Assembly: GCA_963761335.1 (NCBI GenBank)
Contig: CAVXGR010000018.1
Span: forward strand, 256,001-320,000
DNA: 64,000 nucleotides
Source of the DNA: an uncultured delta proteobacterium
Lineage (GTDB): Bacteria; Desulfobacterota; Binatia; HRBIN30; BPIQ01
Reading direction: 5' to 3'
Part shown: one piece after another, positions 50,601 to 59,098 of the stretch
Layout of the letters: the number at the start of each line of letters is the position of its first letter
Position numbering within the stretch: the stretch's first letter is position 1
The notes under the pieces: model-generated
The model's input: only the letters and a program-made list of their open reading frames with translations
Databases searched by the model: none
What the model was told of the DNA's origin: nothing
Program-made: the position numbers and the translations under genes

Positions 50601-50940
50601 AGCGCGCCACCGGCTCGAAGTAGCGCACCTGCCCGCGGCGCTCCGCCTCGAAGGTCAGCCGCGCCGCGATCGAGATGGTGCCGAGCGCCGTCAACGGCGC
50701 CAGGCCGCGCTGCGCCAGCTCCGGTGCCGCCAGCTGCGAGGCGAGCTGGAGGAGCGTGAAGCGGTGCAGGCCGAAGGACGCGACACCGTCTCCGGCCAGC
50801 CGGCGCACCAGATCGTCGGCGGCCTCGCGCGACGCCGCGACGATGACGATCTCCGTGCCGGGCGGATGCGAGCGAAGAAAAGCGACCGTCTCCTCGAGGC
50901 GCTCGGCGGAGGACGGTGAATGGACGATCTGTACGGTCAA
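47656..50940 (-). CDS. addB: AddB-like subunit: inactive helicase fold plus Fe-S PD-(D/E)XK nuclease
   Basis: SVSALQRYAVCPYQF, RGSIDLIE, DYKTG, LQPVLY, C-x2-C-x5-C at the C-terminus; overlaps addA. Confidence 0.85.
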   Translation of the reverse strand: MTVQIVHSPSSAERLEETVAFLRSHPPGTEIVIVAASREAADDLVRRLAGDGVASFGLHRFTLLQLASQLAAPELAQRGLAPLTALGTISIAARLTFEAERRGQVRYFEPVARCPGFSRALATTLGELRLAGARPAALRGISPAADDLAALLDLYQEQLAGASLADRTALLDLAATAAADGSFAFRGAPLLLLDVPVRSPAERAFVAALCGAAGEALATIAAGDGETMAAMAPLGAVTQAGATAVASAPGLARLRSYLFSQEPPPSGPLDDEVCFFSAPGEGRECVEIARKILEEARGGASPSGAIPFDQIAVFLRAPEIYSPLLAAAFRRAAIPAYFARGSRRPDPTGRAFLSLLACLSEGLSARRFAEYLAFAQVPDLDCAGAPPANRELWAGSEDDAAAAVAAASRQAAAEASSTESPSEEKSDGSLAAPWRWEELLVEAAVLGGADRWRRRLDGLENELALQLEELRARDPEPQRIEARQRELDNLRHLKSFAVPVIDYLAAQPAQQSWGAWLNAFARLAPMVLRRPQRVLRVLAELEPMAEVGPVSIDEVHEVLADRLSTLEEDPPAYRYGRVFVGTAEEARGRSFAVVFVPGLAERLFPQRPREDPLLLDGARRRLDIALRTQDERVDAERLLLRLAVGAAQRRVVLSYPRVDVAEARPRVTSFYGLDVARATRGTIPDFEQLERQAAAEVQARLAWPAPPDPRRAVDPIEHDLAVLGGLLHQTDPSKSRGRARYLLQLNQHLGRSLRTRWSRWRSGWSAYDGLVRSTETTAAALAASRLAARPYSVSALQRYAVCPYQFLLSAIHRLEPRPQANALERLDPLTRGAMFHRVQAETLRQLRAQGALPCGDASLGDARAALDQILDEVAGQVHDQVAPPILRVWQDEIAAMRADLRAWLTRTAESGGEWEPLYFELGFGLPPSAERDTASREDPVTLPGGAVLRGSIDLIERSRRDQLLRVTDYKTGSDHTAAGMRIGGGEILQPVLYSLAVEARTEKPVAEARLFFCTSRGGFGERTVVIDDAARASGREVLEIIDRAIAGGVLPPAPRQDACKTCDFRCVCGPYEEIRVQSKDRALLADLLELRSRP

Positions 50941-51082
50941 GCCTGTCTACCTGGACGACGTTCGGGCATGGGAGATAACGTCTGGGCCGGTACTCCCACC
51001 GCCAGGTGGTGTCTCTCTCGTTCCTGTGATCGAATCCTCCGCCGCTGTCAAATGGGACCCAGCCCCTCTTCGCCGCAACTGA

Positions 51083-51132
51083 GTAGAAGCGGCGTCTCGC
51101 CGCTTCCGGAAGCGCCGAGACGGCGCTTCTAC
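51083..51132. repeat. Solo GTAG-REP palindrome, same family as the 22.3-kb array
   Basis: GTAGAAGCGGCGTCTCGCCGCTTCCGGAAGCGCCGAGACGGCGCTTCTAC. Confidence 0.88.
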
Positions 51133-51230
51133 TTTGAGACAGCTGGAGCTATTTGCCCGCGCTCGGCGGTGGCGCTGGCCGGCGTGAGCGGGCACAATGG
51201 CCGTCGAGATACGCGAAGGGAGGAAGGGTG

Positions 51231-51743
51231 ATGGACGCGATTGAGATCATCAAGCGGCGCCTGAAGGAGGATCGCATCCCCGAGGCTCCATGGCCCGACG
51301 AGGTATCGGAGAAGAAGAAGCGGCCGCGCGAGGTGGCCTTCATGGACGTGAACCTCTGCTTTCCCTGCGGGAAGTGTCCGGAGTTCTGTCCGGTGCAGTG
51401 CATCGAGTACCTTGCCGACGGCAGTCTGCCGGGACGCGGCGTCCAGCCAGTCCAGGACCGATTCCAGGAATGCATCGGCTGCTATATCTGCGTCGAGGTC
51501 TGCGCTCTGCTCACCGACTACGACGCCGTGCGCATGTACGACGTCGGTGTGGTGGAGGACGTTCTCGGGGTGACCGTCGGCGACGCCAAGCCCGCCGAGT
51601 ACATTCCCGCGCAGCCGTACGAGGATCTCTTTTCGGAGGGCGGCGCGCAGAGCGTGCGGCACCTGGGCAAGGGCTCGCGCATTCGCGAGAAGATGAACGC
51701 CGAGGAGAAGCGCATCCTGGCGACCGCAAAGGCGCGCGGCTGA
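51231..51743 (+). CDS. 2x[4Fe-4S] ferredoxin-like protein
   Basis: CFPCGKCPEFCP and CIGCYICVEVC. Confidence 0.85.
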   Translation: MDAIEIIKRRLKEDRIPEAPWPDEVSEKKKRPREVAFMDVNLCFPCGKCPEFCPVQCIEYLADGSLPGRGVQPVQDRFQECIGCYICVEVCALLTDYDAVRMYDVGVVEDVLGVTVGDAKPAEYIPAQPYEDLFSEGGAQSVRHLGKGSRIREKMNAEEKRILATAKARG

Positions 51744-51795
51744 TCGAGAGCCCGAGGAGCGGGGGGTCTCGCAACCGCGCTACGGCGCAACCGGC

Positions 51796-52545
51796 ATGCC
51801 GCCGAGCCGCATCCTGACCTTCGGCGAGTACGCCGCGATCCGGCACCCGACGCCGTATGTCCTCGACGTGAAGCGGGGCGGCGCGCGGCTGGTGCTCTTC
51901 GGGACACAGCACACCACCGACCCGGCCGAGCCGGTGTTCGATCAGATCGAGGCGGCATTTGCGGCGCTCGCGCCGGCCTTCGCGCTGCACGAGGGGACAG
52001 CGCCGCAGATCGAGCCCGAGCGCGAGATCGCGATTCGCAGGCACGGCGAGGCGGGGCTGGTGCGGCACCTCGCGGCGCGTGCTGACATCGACACGGCGAG
52101 CATGGACATTCCGCTGGCCGACGAGGCGGAGCTTCTGCGGCGCGAGATCGGCCCGCGCGCGGCGCTGGTATTTCTGGTGGTGCGGCAGCTGGCGTCGTAC
52201 AACCGCAAGACGGCGCGACCGGACTTCGACGGCTACTTCGGCGAGTTCTTCGAGCTCATCGCGCCGCCGCTGGGGCTGGCGATCGAGTGGCCGCTGATCG
52301 AGGCGGAGCACCGGCGCCTGCTCGGGGGCCCGCTCACGGTGGCACGCGTGACGGCGCTCGAGACCAACCCGATGCGCAACGACCTGCCGACGCAGCGGAT
52401 TGCCCGCCTCTCCAATCGCCTGCGGGACGAGCACATGCTCCGCCGCCTCCTCGAGGCGCTCGCGGAGCATGTGCGAGTCTTTGCGACAGTGGGGGTCACG
52501 CACGCGGTCATGCTGGAGCCGGCGCTGCGCGCGGAGACGGCATAA
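51796..52545 (+). CDS. Hypothetical protein, possible TraB/Tiki/ChaN-like fold
   Basis: GTQH, HEG, RD and GVTH occur in the order typical of that superfamily. Confidence 0.55.
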   Translation: MPPSRILTFGEYAAIRHPTPYVLDVKRGGARLVLFGTQHTTDPAEPVFDQIEAAFAALAPAFALHEGTAPQIEPEREIAIRRHGEAGLVRHLAARADIDTASMDIPLADEAELLRREIGPRAALVFLVVRQLASYNRKTARPDFDGYFGEFFELIAPPLGLAIEWPLIEAEHRRLLGGPLTVARVTALETNPMRNDLPTQRIARLSNRLRDEHMLRRLLEALAEHVRVFATVGVTHAVMLEPALRAETA

Positions 52546-52667
52546 TTCGGGGAGGGCGAGGCTCCTCGGGAACCTCTGCTCCGCCGTTCTCCGTTCTCAT
52601 TCCCGGTCCTCACCGCCGAGCCAGGCGCTGATCCGTGCCGGAGGCGAGCAAGATGGCGGCATTCCCG

Positions 52668-54716
52668 TTAGCTGCTCTGCCGCTTCTTCTTGCTTGTCTT
52701 GGCGCTCTTTCTCTTTTCCCTCTGCGCCTTGGCGGTCCTCTTGGCGCCCTTTCTCTTTCCCTGCGGCGCCTCGGCGGTGCTCTTGGCGGTCCCGGTGCGC
52801 TCGGTGCCGTAGCCTTCCAGGCGCGCCACCGCGTCGCGGAAGTCCGGCGAGCGGATGGTCTCGATGACGGCCTGGCCGAGGCGGCTGTCGGCGAAGTCGC
52901 GGCGCAGGACCAGGTCGTAGTCCTCCTGCTCGACGGGAATGAAGTCGAGGCCGAGGGCGGCGGCGGCCGACTTGATGCCGAGGCCACAGTCGGCGAGACC
53001 GCTGGCGACGGCGACGGCGACCGCCATGTGGGTGAACTCCTCGCGCTCGTAGCCGCGGATCTGCTGTGGCCGCAGCTTCAGCTTGGCGAGCTTGTAGTCG
53101 AGAAGGACGCGGGTGCCGGCGCCGAGCTGGCGGTTGACGAAGCTGACGTCGTCGCGCGCCAGGTCGGTGAGGCCGCTGATGCCCTTTGGATTGCCGGCGG
53201 CGACCATCAAGCCCTGCTGGCGCACGACCAGGTTGAGAATCAGCAGTGGTATGCCCGCGAGATGGCGGGCGATGTCGGGGAGATTGTACTCGCCCGTCTG
53301 CGGGTCGAGGAGGTGGGTGCCGACCATGTGCGCCTCGCCGCGCTTCAGGGCGATCAGGCCGCCGAGGCTGCCGACGTTGGTGGCGGAGAGGCGCCGCTCG
53401 GGGGAGCGGCGCTTGAGGCAGTCCTCGAGGACACCGATGGTGAGGTCGTGGCTGCCGCTGACGACGACGGTGTTGTCGATATCGCTCGCCGGCCGCAGCA
53501 GCTCGATCGGTGCCGTCTCGCCGGCGTTGATCCCTTCCGAAAGCGGCGGGATGCGCAGGAAGCCGTCGGCGCGCACCATGGTGGTGATCACGCCGGCGCC
53601 GCGGCCGAGGGGATTGGCGACGATGCGCCCGCCGACGCGGCCGAGGGTGACGCGCAGGAACTCCTCCAGCCCGAGGCGCGAGGGAATCTTGCGCGGCACC
53701 AGCGCCTCGACTGTCTGTGGCGGCTCGGGGACGGTGCCGAGGAGCTTGGCGAGCAGCGGCCGCAGCACCTGCTGGCAGACGATGATGGCGGAGACCGGAT
53801 ATCCCGGAAGGCCGAGCACCGGTGTGTTGCCGATGCGGGCGCAGATCGCCGGCTTGCCGGGCATGATGTCGATGCCGTGCACGAGGATCTCGCCGCGGCG
53901 GGCCACGGCGTGCACGGTGTAGTCGTGCTCGCCAGCCGAGGAGCCGGCGATCACCGTGACCACATCGTGGTCTCGCGCCGCCTGCTCGATGGCCGTGGCG
54001 ATGCTGTCGAGGTCGTCGCGGACGCGCGGCAGGCGGTGCGGCTCACCGCCCCATTCGCGCACGAAGCCGGCGATCACTCGCGAGTTGAACTCGATGACGG
54101 CTCCGGGGGAGGGCGGCGCATCCGGCTCGATCAGCTCGCTGCCGGTGGCGATGATGGCGACGCGCGGCCGCGGCGCGACGTCGACGGAGACGTGGCCCGC
54201 GGCCAGCAGGGCGCCGATGTCGAAGGGGCGGATGCGATGCCCGCGCGGCAGCAGCGGCTCGGTGGCGACGATATCCTCGCCGACCAGGCGCACGTGCTGC
54301 CAGGGCGCCGCCGCGGCGCGGATGGCGACGTGGTCGTCGTCCACCGGATAGAGGTGCTCGACCATGATCACGGCGTTTGCCCAGGGCGGCAGCGGGTTGC
54401 CGGTGTCGACGTAGGCGAACGGGCGTTGCACGCCGGCCGGGATCTGCTCCGTGCGGCGCTCGAGCCGCGCCAGTGACACCGGGGAGCGCTCGCTGGCGCC
54501 GAAGGAGTCCTCGGCGCGCACGGCGATCCCGTCCATCGCCGCGCCGTGGTAGTGCGGCGCCGAGATGCGCGCGAATACCGGCGCCGCCGTCACCCGGTGC
54601 AGAGCATCCTCCGCCGCCACTGTCTCCGGCGGCCGGCCGGCCAGCGGCAGCTCGTCGACGAACAGCCGCAGTGTCTCGGCGAGAGACTTCTTGTTGAGAT
54701 AGCGCGTGCGCGGCAT
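52668..54716 (-). CDS. moeA: MoeA fused to a C-terminal PBP (LysR-type substrate-binding) domain
   Basis: AAMDGIAV, TGSEL, GSSAG..D, MPGKP, GLPGYPVS; then GSHD, VGSLGGL, FVNRQLGAGTR, EFTHMAVA. Confidence 0.9.
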   Translation of the reverse strand: MPRTRYLNKKSLAETLRLFVDELPLAGRPPETVAAEDALHRVTAAPVFARISAPHYHGAAMDGIAVRAEDSFGASERSPVSLARLERRTEQIPAGVQRPFAYVDTGNPLPPWANAVIMVEHLYPVDDDHVAIRAAAAPWQHVRLVGEDIVATEPLLPRGHRIRPFDIGALLAAGHVSVDVAPRPRVAIIATGSELIEPDAPPSPGAVIEFNSRVIAGFVREWGGEPHRLPRVRDDLDSIATAIEQAARDHDVVTVIAGSSAGEHDYTVHAVARRGEILVHGIDIMPGKPAICARIGNTPVLGLPGYPVSAIIVCQQVLRPLLAKLLGTVPEPPQTVEALVPRKIPSRLGLEEFLRVTLGRVGGRIVANPLGRGAGVITTMVRADGFLRIPPLSEGINAGETAPIELLRPASDIDNTVVVSGSHDLTIGVLEDCLKRRSPERRLSATNVGSLGGLIALKRGEAHMVGTHLLDPQTGEYNLPDIARHLAGIPLLILNLVVRQQGLMVAAGNPKGISGLTDLARDDVSFVNRQLGAGTRVLLDYKLAKLKLRPQQIRGYEREEFTHMAVAVAVASGLADCGLGIKSAAAALGLDFIPVEQEDYDLVLRRDFADSRLGQAVIETIRSPDFRDAVARLEGYGTERTGTAKSTAEAPQGKRKGAKRTAKAQREKRKSAKTSKKKRQSS

Positions 54717-54722
54717 TGAGAC

Positions 54723-54806
54723 GGTTGTTAGGTTGTTGGTTGTGAAGTTGTCAGGTTTGGTTTGTTGGGATTGAAAATAACCTAACAACCAACAACCCAA
54801 CAACCT
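54723..54806. repeat. Inverted GGTTGTTA/TAACAACC 8-mer array (family D)
   Basis: Fills the intergenic gap between the two moeA genes. Confidence 0.75.
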
Positions 54807-54811
54807 GCCTG

Positions 54812-56047
54812 TCAGAACAAAATGACCTCCACCTCCGTCCCCGCTTCCACTCCTTCGGCGCCGGCATCGATGCGCACGAGTCCATCGGCCTTGACGAGGG
54901 TGAAGATGGCTCCGGAGCTTCCGGGCATCGGCCGGGCGCGGCGGCCGTCTTCGCTGTCCTCGAGGACGACGCGCACGTAGTCCTCGCGGCCGGGCTGGGA
55001 GGCGACGTTCTCGGCGAGCACGGCACGCACCGTGCGGCTCGGGGCGAAGGCGTCGCGCGACGATTCGCCACCGAGCATGCGCAGCAGCGGCGCCCCGAAC
55101 AGGTCGAAGATCACCAGTGCCGACACGGGGTGGCCCGGCAGGCCGAGCACCGGCTTGCCGAGCGCGCGGCAGAGGATGGTCGGCTTTCCCGGAGCCACGG
55201 AGATGCCGTGCAGCAGGACCTCCGATTGCGGAAAGCTGGTGATCACCTCGACGGCGATGTCCTTCGCCCCCACGGAGCTGCCGCCGGAGAGGAGGACGAC
55301 GTCGTGGCGTGCCAGCGCCGTCGCCAGCGCCTTGCGCAGCTTCTGCGGCTGATCGGGGACGACGCCGTAGTCGGTCACCACGGCACCGGCCTCCTCGGCC
55401 ATGGCGCGCAGCGAGTACTGATTGATGTTGCGCACCTGCCCGGGCTTCGGCTTCTGCTGCGGGGGAACGATCTCGTCGCCGGTGGAGAGCAGCGCGGCGC
55501 GCGGGCGGTTGTGGACCAGAACCCGGGTGATGCCGACGCCGGTGAGCGCGCCGAGATCGCGAGCGCGGAGGCGGCGCCCGCGCGAGAAGATCGGGGCCCC
55601 GGCGGCGATGTCCTCGCCGGCGCGCAGCACGTGCTGCCACGGAGAAACGCCGCGCTGGACCTCCACCGTGCCGTCGCCGACCTCGTCGGTGTGCTCGATC
55701 ATGACCACGGCGTCGGCTCCCGGCGGCAGCATGCCGCCGGTCGGGATTGCCGTCGCTTCGCCCTTGCGCAGACGGCGCTTCGCCGCGCGGCCCATCTCCA
55801 CGGCGCCGGCGAGCTTCAGGTACGCCGGCGTGCTCGCCGAGGCGCCGAAGGTATCGGCGGCGCGCACCGCATAGCCGTCCATGTTGGAACGGTGGAAATG
55901 GGGCAGCTCGGCCGGCGCCGCCAGATCCTCGGCGAGCACGCGGCGGTGAGCGCCGGCGACGGCGACGCGTTCACTGCCCACCGGCGCAAAGCGCGCCAGC
56001 TGGGTGCGCGCCTCGTCGGTGGTCACGACCTTGAAGAAGGCCTTCAC
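54812..56047 (-). CDS. moeA: Molybdopterin molybdo/tungsto-transferase MoeA
   Basis: RSNMDGYAV, IPTGG, STGDE, SGGSSVG..D, PGKPT, GLPGHPVS. Confidence 0.93.
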   Translation of the reverse strand: MKAFFKVVTTDEARTQLARFAPVGSERVAVAGAHRRVLAEDLAAPAELPHFHRSNMDGYAVRAADTFGASASTPAYLKLAGAVEMGRAAKRRLRKGEATAIPTGGMLPPGADAVVMIEHTDEVGDGTVEVQRGVSPWQHVLRAGEDIAAGAPIFSRGRRLRARDLGALTGVGITRVLVHNRPRAALLSTGDEIVPPQQKPKPGQVRNINQYSLRAMAEEAGAVVTDYGVVPDQPQKLRKALATALARHDVVLLSGGSSVGAKDIAVEVITSFPQSEVLLHGISVAPGKPTILCRALGKPVLGLPGHPVSALVIFDLFGAPLLRMLGGESSRDAFAPSRTVRAVLAENVASQPGREDYVRVVLEDSEDGRRARPMPGSSGAIFTLVKADGLVRIDAGAEGVEAGTEVEVILF

Positions 56048-56856
56048 CGGGCGAAGCGTACGTGCGTGAGGCATGGCAGCTCTCGGCGAATCCTCTGCTG
56101 ATGCTCGCGATCGATTTCCGCGAGGATGACGCCCTCGCTCTCGGGGGCGCGCGCCAGCACCGTGCCCCACGGGTCGACGATCATCGAGCTGCCGAAGTCG
56201 CGGCTGCGGCGTGGCGTGATGCCGATCTGGTCGGGGGCGATGACGTAGACCTGATTCTCGATGGCGCGGGCGCGCAGCAGCGGCTCCCAGTGCGCCGCGC
56301 CGGTGGGGAAGGTGAAGGCGGAGGGGACGCAGATGATCTCGGCGCCGGCGAGGGTGAGGGCGCGATAGAGCTCGGGAAAGCGCAGGTCGTAGCACACCGT
56401 CAGCCCGAGGGTGCCGAGGGGGGTGGGCACGGTGACGATCTGGTCGCCGCCGAGACGCGCCGCCGACTCGCGCACACTCACCTGCCCGGGGATCTCGACG
56501 TCGAACAGGTGTGCCTTGCGGTAGCGTCCCCGCAGCTCGCCGCTGTCGTCGAAGAGGACCGAGGTGTTGTACGCCTTGTCGCCTCCGGGAATGCGCTCGA
56601 GAACGGAGCCGGCGAGAAGATGGATGCGGTGCGCCCGCGCCCATTCGGCGCAGCGCGCCGTGGTCGGACCGGGGATGTCCTCGGCCCCGGCGAGCTCGTC
56701 GCCCGGAGCACCGCGCCAGTTGAACACCTCCGGCAATACCACCAGGCGGGCGCCGCGGTCCGCGGCCACCGACACGAACGCCTCCGCCTTGGCGAGATTG
56801 GCGTCCTTGTCGCTGCCGGCGCAGAGCTGAATGGCTGCGGCGAGAAAGCGGTTCAT
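56044..56856 (-). CDS. Carbon-nitrogen hydrolase (Nit1/deaminated glutathione amidase-like)
   Basis: LPE, YRKAHLFDV, CYDLRFPE, TGAAHWEPLLRARAIENQ. Confidence 0.9.
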   Translation of the reverse strand: MNRFLAAAIQLCAGSDKDANLAKAEAFVSVAADRGARLVVLPEVFNWRGAPGDELAGAEDIPGPTTARCAEWARAHRIHLLAGSVLERIPGGDKAYNTSVLFDDSGELRGRYRKAHLFDVEIPGQVSVRESAARLGGDQIVTVPTPLGTLGLTVCYDLRFPELYRALTLAGAEIICVPSAFTFPTGAAHWEPLLRARAIENQVYVIAPDQIGITPRRSRDFGSSMIVDPWGTVLARAPESEGVILAEIDREHQQRIRRELPCLTHVRFAR

Positions 56857-56943
56857 GGCGCGGGGCTCCCGCTTCGTCTATCGGAGGGGGTGCGGAGGGT
56901 CAATCGGGAGGAAGTCGGGTAGCGGGCCGGCTCTCGATGCCTT

Positions 56944-56995
56944 CATTTTCGGTTCTCATTCTCGGTTCTCATCCCGTCGTTTCCCATTGTTCTGC
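56944..56995. repeat. Family C half-repeat
   Basis: GGTTCTCATTCTCGGTTCTCATCCCGTCGTTTCCCATTG. Confidence 0.75.
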
Positions 56996-57064
56996 GAGCC
57001 GCGAGCCGCCGAGTCGCGCGCCGATTGTACCCGAAGCCGTGAATGTGGTACCCGCAGGACAGAA

Positions 57065-57631
57065 ATGGTGCGCCTCATCAAGCGGTACGGCAACCGCAAG
57101 CTCTACGACACCCACGCCAGCTCGTACATCACCCTCGACGGCATCACCACGCTGGTTCGCCAGGGCGAGGACGTGCGCGTCGTCGACAACGACAGCGGCG
57201 AGGACCTGACCTCGCTGGTCTTTGCGCAGATCATTCTCGAGGAGGAGAAACGCAAGAGCGGCCTCCTGAGCCTGCCGGCGCTGCGCTGGATCATCCGCGA
57301 AGGCGAGGCGCGCCTCAGCGAGCTGCGCGAGCGGGTCGACAAAGGGCGCGAGGCGATCGACAACGTCCGCGACATCGCCGAGAAGAGCGTCGGGGAGGTC
57401 GGCCGCGGCATTCGCGACATTCTCGAGAAGCCACAGCGCCAGCTCGATGCCATCCAGCACCAGATCGACAACCAGGTGCGTCGCTCGGTGCAGAGAATCG
57501 CCGGGCATCCCACCGTTCAGAATGAGCTCGAGCGCATCAAGATGAGCCTCAAGCGGCTGGAGCGCCAGATTGGCCGGCTCCAGCGGCAGAGCAACAAGCC
57601 GGAGAAACGGCCGCGGCGCAATGCGTCATAG
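57065..57631 (+). CDS. PhaR-like PHA-accumulation regulator DNA-binding domain protein
   Basis: IKRYGNRKLYDT..SSYITL, DNDSGEDLT...AQIILE. Confidence 0.85.
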   Translation: MVRLIKRYGNRKLYDTHASSYITLDGITTLVRQGEDVRVVDNDSGEDLTSLVFAQIILEEEKRKSGLLSLPALRWIIREGEARLSELRERVDKGREAIDNVRDIAEKSVGEVGRGIRDILEKPQRQLDAIQHQIDNQVRRSVQRIAGHPTVQNELERIKMSLKRLERQIGRLQRQSNKPEKRPRRNAS

Positions 57632-57661
57632 ACTTCTGGACCGCGGCTCTTGGAGGTGTTC

Positions 57662-58126
57662 ATGAACCCGTTCTGGAGGCGATCCGTCCGAGCCGTGCTC
57701 GCCTTGCTTCTGATCTGCGCCGCGGCGGTCTCCGCTGCGGAGCTGTCCAAGGAGCTTCAGGATAAGCTGGCCAGCAGCACCTACGTCTACATATCCTCGC
57801 AGCGGAAGAGCGGTGAGCTCGGCAAGCCCGCCGAGATCTGGTTCTACTATGGCGACGGAGCTGTATGGGTCGCGAGCCCGCCGACGGCGTGGCGCGTGCG
57901 GCGTATTCTCGCCGGACGGAAGAACGCCAGGATTGCCGTCGGCAGTGTCGGCGGCCCGTCCTTCATGGCGACCGGCGAGATCGTCAAGAGCCCTGCCATG
58001 GAAGACCGGCTGCTTGCCGCCTACGCCAAGAAGTATCCGGAAGGTTGGAAGAAATTCGAAGACAACTTCCGCAAGGGCTTCGCCGATGGTTCTCGTCTAC
58101 TGATTCGCTACACGCCGAAGGGCTGA
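57662..58126 (+). CDS. Exported split-barrel (PNPOx/DUF2255-like) protein
   Basis: Signal peptide; RKSG...EIWF, AYAKKY. Confidence 0.6.
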   Translation: MNPFWRRSVRAVLALLLICAAAVSAAELSKELQDKLASSTYVYISSQRKSGELGKPAEIWFYYGDGAVWVASPPTAWRVRRILAGRKNARIAVGSVGGPSFMATGEIVKSPAMEDRLLAAYAKKYPEGWKKFEDNFRKGFADGSRLLIRYTPKG

Positions 58127-58174
58127 TCCGGACAGGCACCATTGCCACCCGGCCGCCGCGCGATTCCGCGATGG

Positions 58175-58190
58175 GTCGCACTTTTGCGAC
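58175..58190. promoter_or_regulatory. Palindromic candidate enhancer-binding protein site
   Basis: GTCGCA-CTTT-TGCGAC, about 60 bp upstream of a sigma54 motif. Confidence 0.5.
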
Positions 58191-58245
58191 TCTCTGCTCC
58201 GACCATCTGTCGCTCGAAGTTTTTCCCATTGAGCCCCCTTCGCCA

Positions 58246-58261
58246 CGGCACGTCGATTGCT
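58246..58261 (+). promoter_or_regulatory. Sigma54 promoter
   Basis: CGGCAC-GTCGA-TTGCT (GG-N10-GC). Confidence 0.7.
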
Positions 58262-58332
58262 CTTCCAGTGGGATATGTCGAATCGGAACACGCGCTCGGG
58301 ACCGCCGTGCAGGTCTGGGCTCTGGAGATGCC

Positions 58333-58749
58333 ATGTCCCGCGCCCCTGATAGAGATATCGCGCGTATGTTTTCTGAGCTTCACAGAGATGAATCCGAAAT
58401 CGACGTCGATCTGGTGCGCTCCGCGTCCCTCGCTGGCGGCGAGCCCCGTAACGGTCAGCTGACCGGAACCAAGGCGCTGATGCTGGCGGTTCTGGAAGAC
58501 GGCATCCGGAGCTATCTGAGCGGCTCGCGCTCGGTGGCGCAGGAGGCCGAATTCTGGGTGCACTCCGAGAAACGGCGCTCGCCGTTCTCGTTCATTGTGG
58601 TGTGCGAGATGCTTGGTCTGGATACCGGAGCCGTACGCTTGGCGCTCAAGCGTTTGCGCGAGCGCCGGGTACCGGCGCGCAAGGCGCTGCCGCGGGCTCG
58701 CCCGAATGTGCGCGTCTCGGGCCGCGTGTGCGCGCGCGGTAGCGACTGA
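58333..58749 (+). CDS. Conserved hypothetical protein (LMLAVLEDG...AE.W...FSF...CE.LGLD family)
   Basis: GGAG RBS; helical motif pattern; start uncertain. Confidence 0.65.
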   Translation: MSRAPDRDIARMFSELHRDESEIDVDLVRSASLAGGEPRNGQLTGTKALMLAVLEDGIRSYLSGSRSVAQEAEFWVHSEKRRSPFSFIVVCEMLGLDTGAVRLALKRLRERRVPARKALPRARPNVRVSGRVCARGSD

Positions 58750-58756
58750 ATCGGTT

Positions 58757-59098
58757 TCAGTCGCCGGGCTGGTTGTGCTTCCAGCGCTCGTACTTCTGCT
58801 GAAAGCGCTCTTTTTCATGCGGCGGTAGCGCCTCGTAGCGCTGATAGTTGCGGCGAATGCGTTTGCGCTCGTCGTCCGGCATGCCCTGCCAGCGCTGGTA
58901 GCGGCGCTCGATCTCCTGCTGCCGCGACGGGGGCAGCTGCTGGTGCTCGCGGTAGTTGCGCATGGCATCGTAGCGCTGGCCGGGAGAGAGATCCTGCCAG
59001 TCTTCGGCCATCTGCCAATTTCGAGCGGCGGCGACCATCGGCGTGGTGAGCAGCAGCAGCGCCGGTAGCAGGGCCGGGAGGATCGCCCGGGCTCTCAT
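58757..59098 (-). CDS. DUF3106-like periplasmic protein
   Basis: Signal peptide; repeated W..L.P..R helices; coupled to the anti-sigma gene. Confidence 0.75.
   Translation of the reverse strand: MRARAILPALLPALLLLTTPMVAAARNWQMAEDWQDLSPGQRYDAMRNYREHQQLPPSRQQEIERRYQRWQGMPDDERKRIRRNYQRYEALPPHEKERFQQKYERWKHNQPGD

Noticed and set aside
44192..50940. Novel helicase-nuclease defence system or Cas4-like module
   Set aside because: Size, order and motifs match housekeeping AddAB recombination-repair genes.
52668..55640. 990-aa ORF as a single protein
   Set aside because: The upstream part is an off-frame read of the neighbouring moeA plus an intergenic repeat; MoeA similarity begins at ATG 54716.
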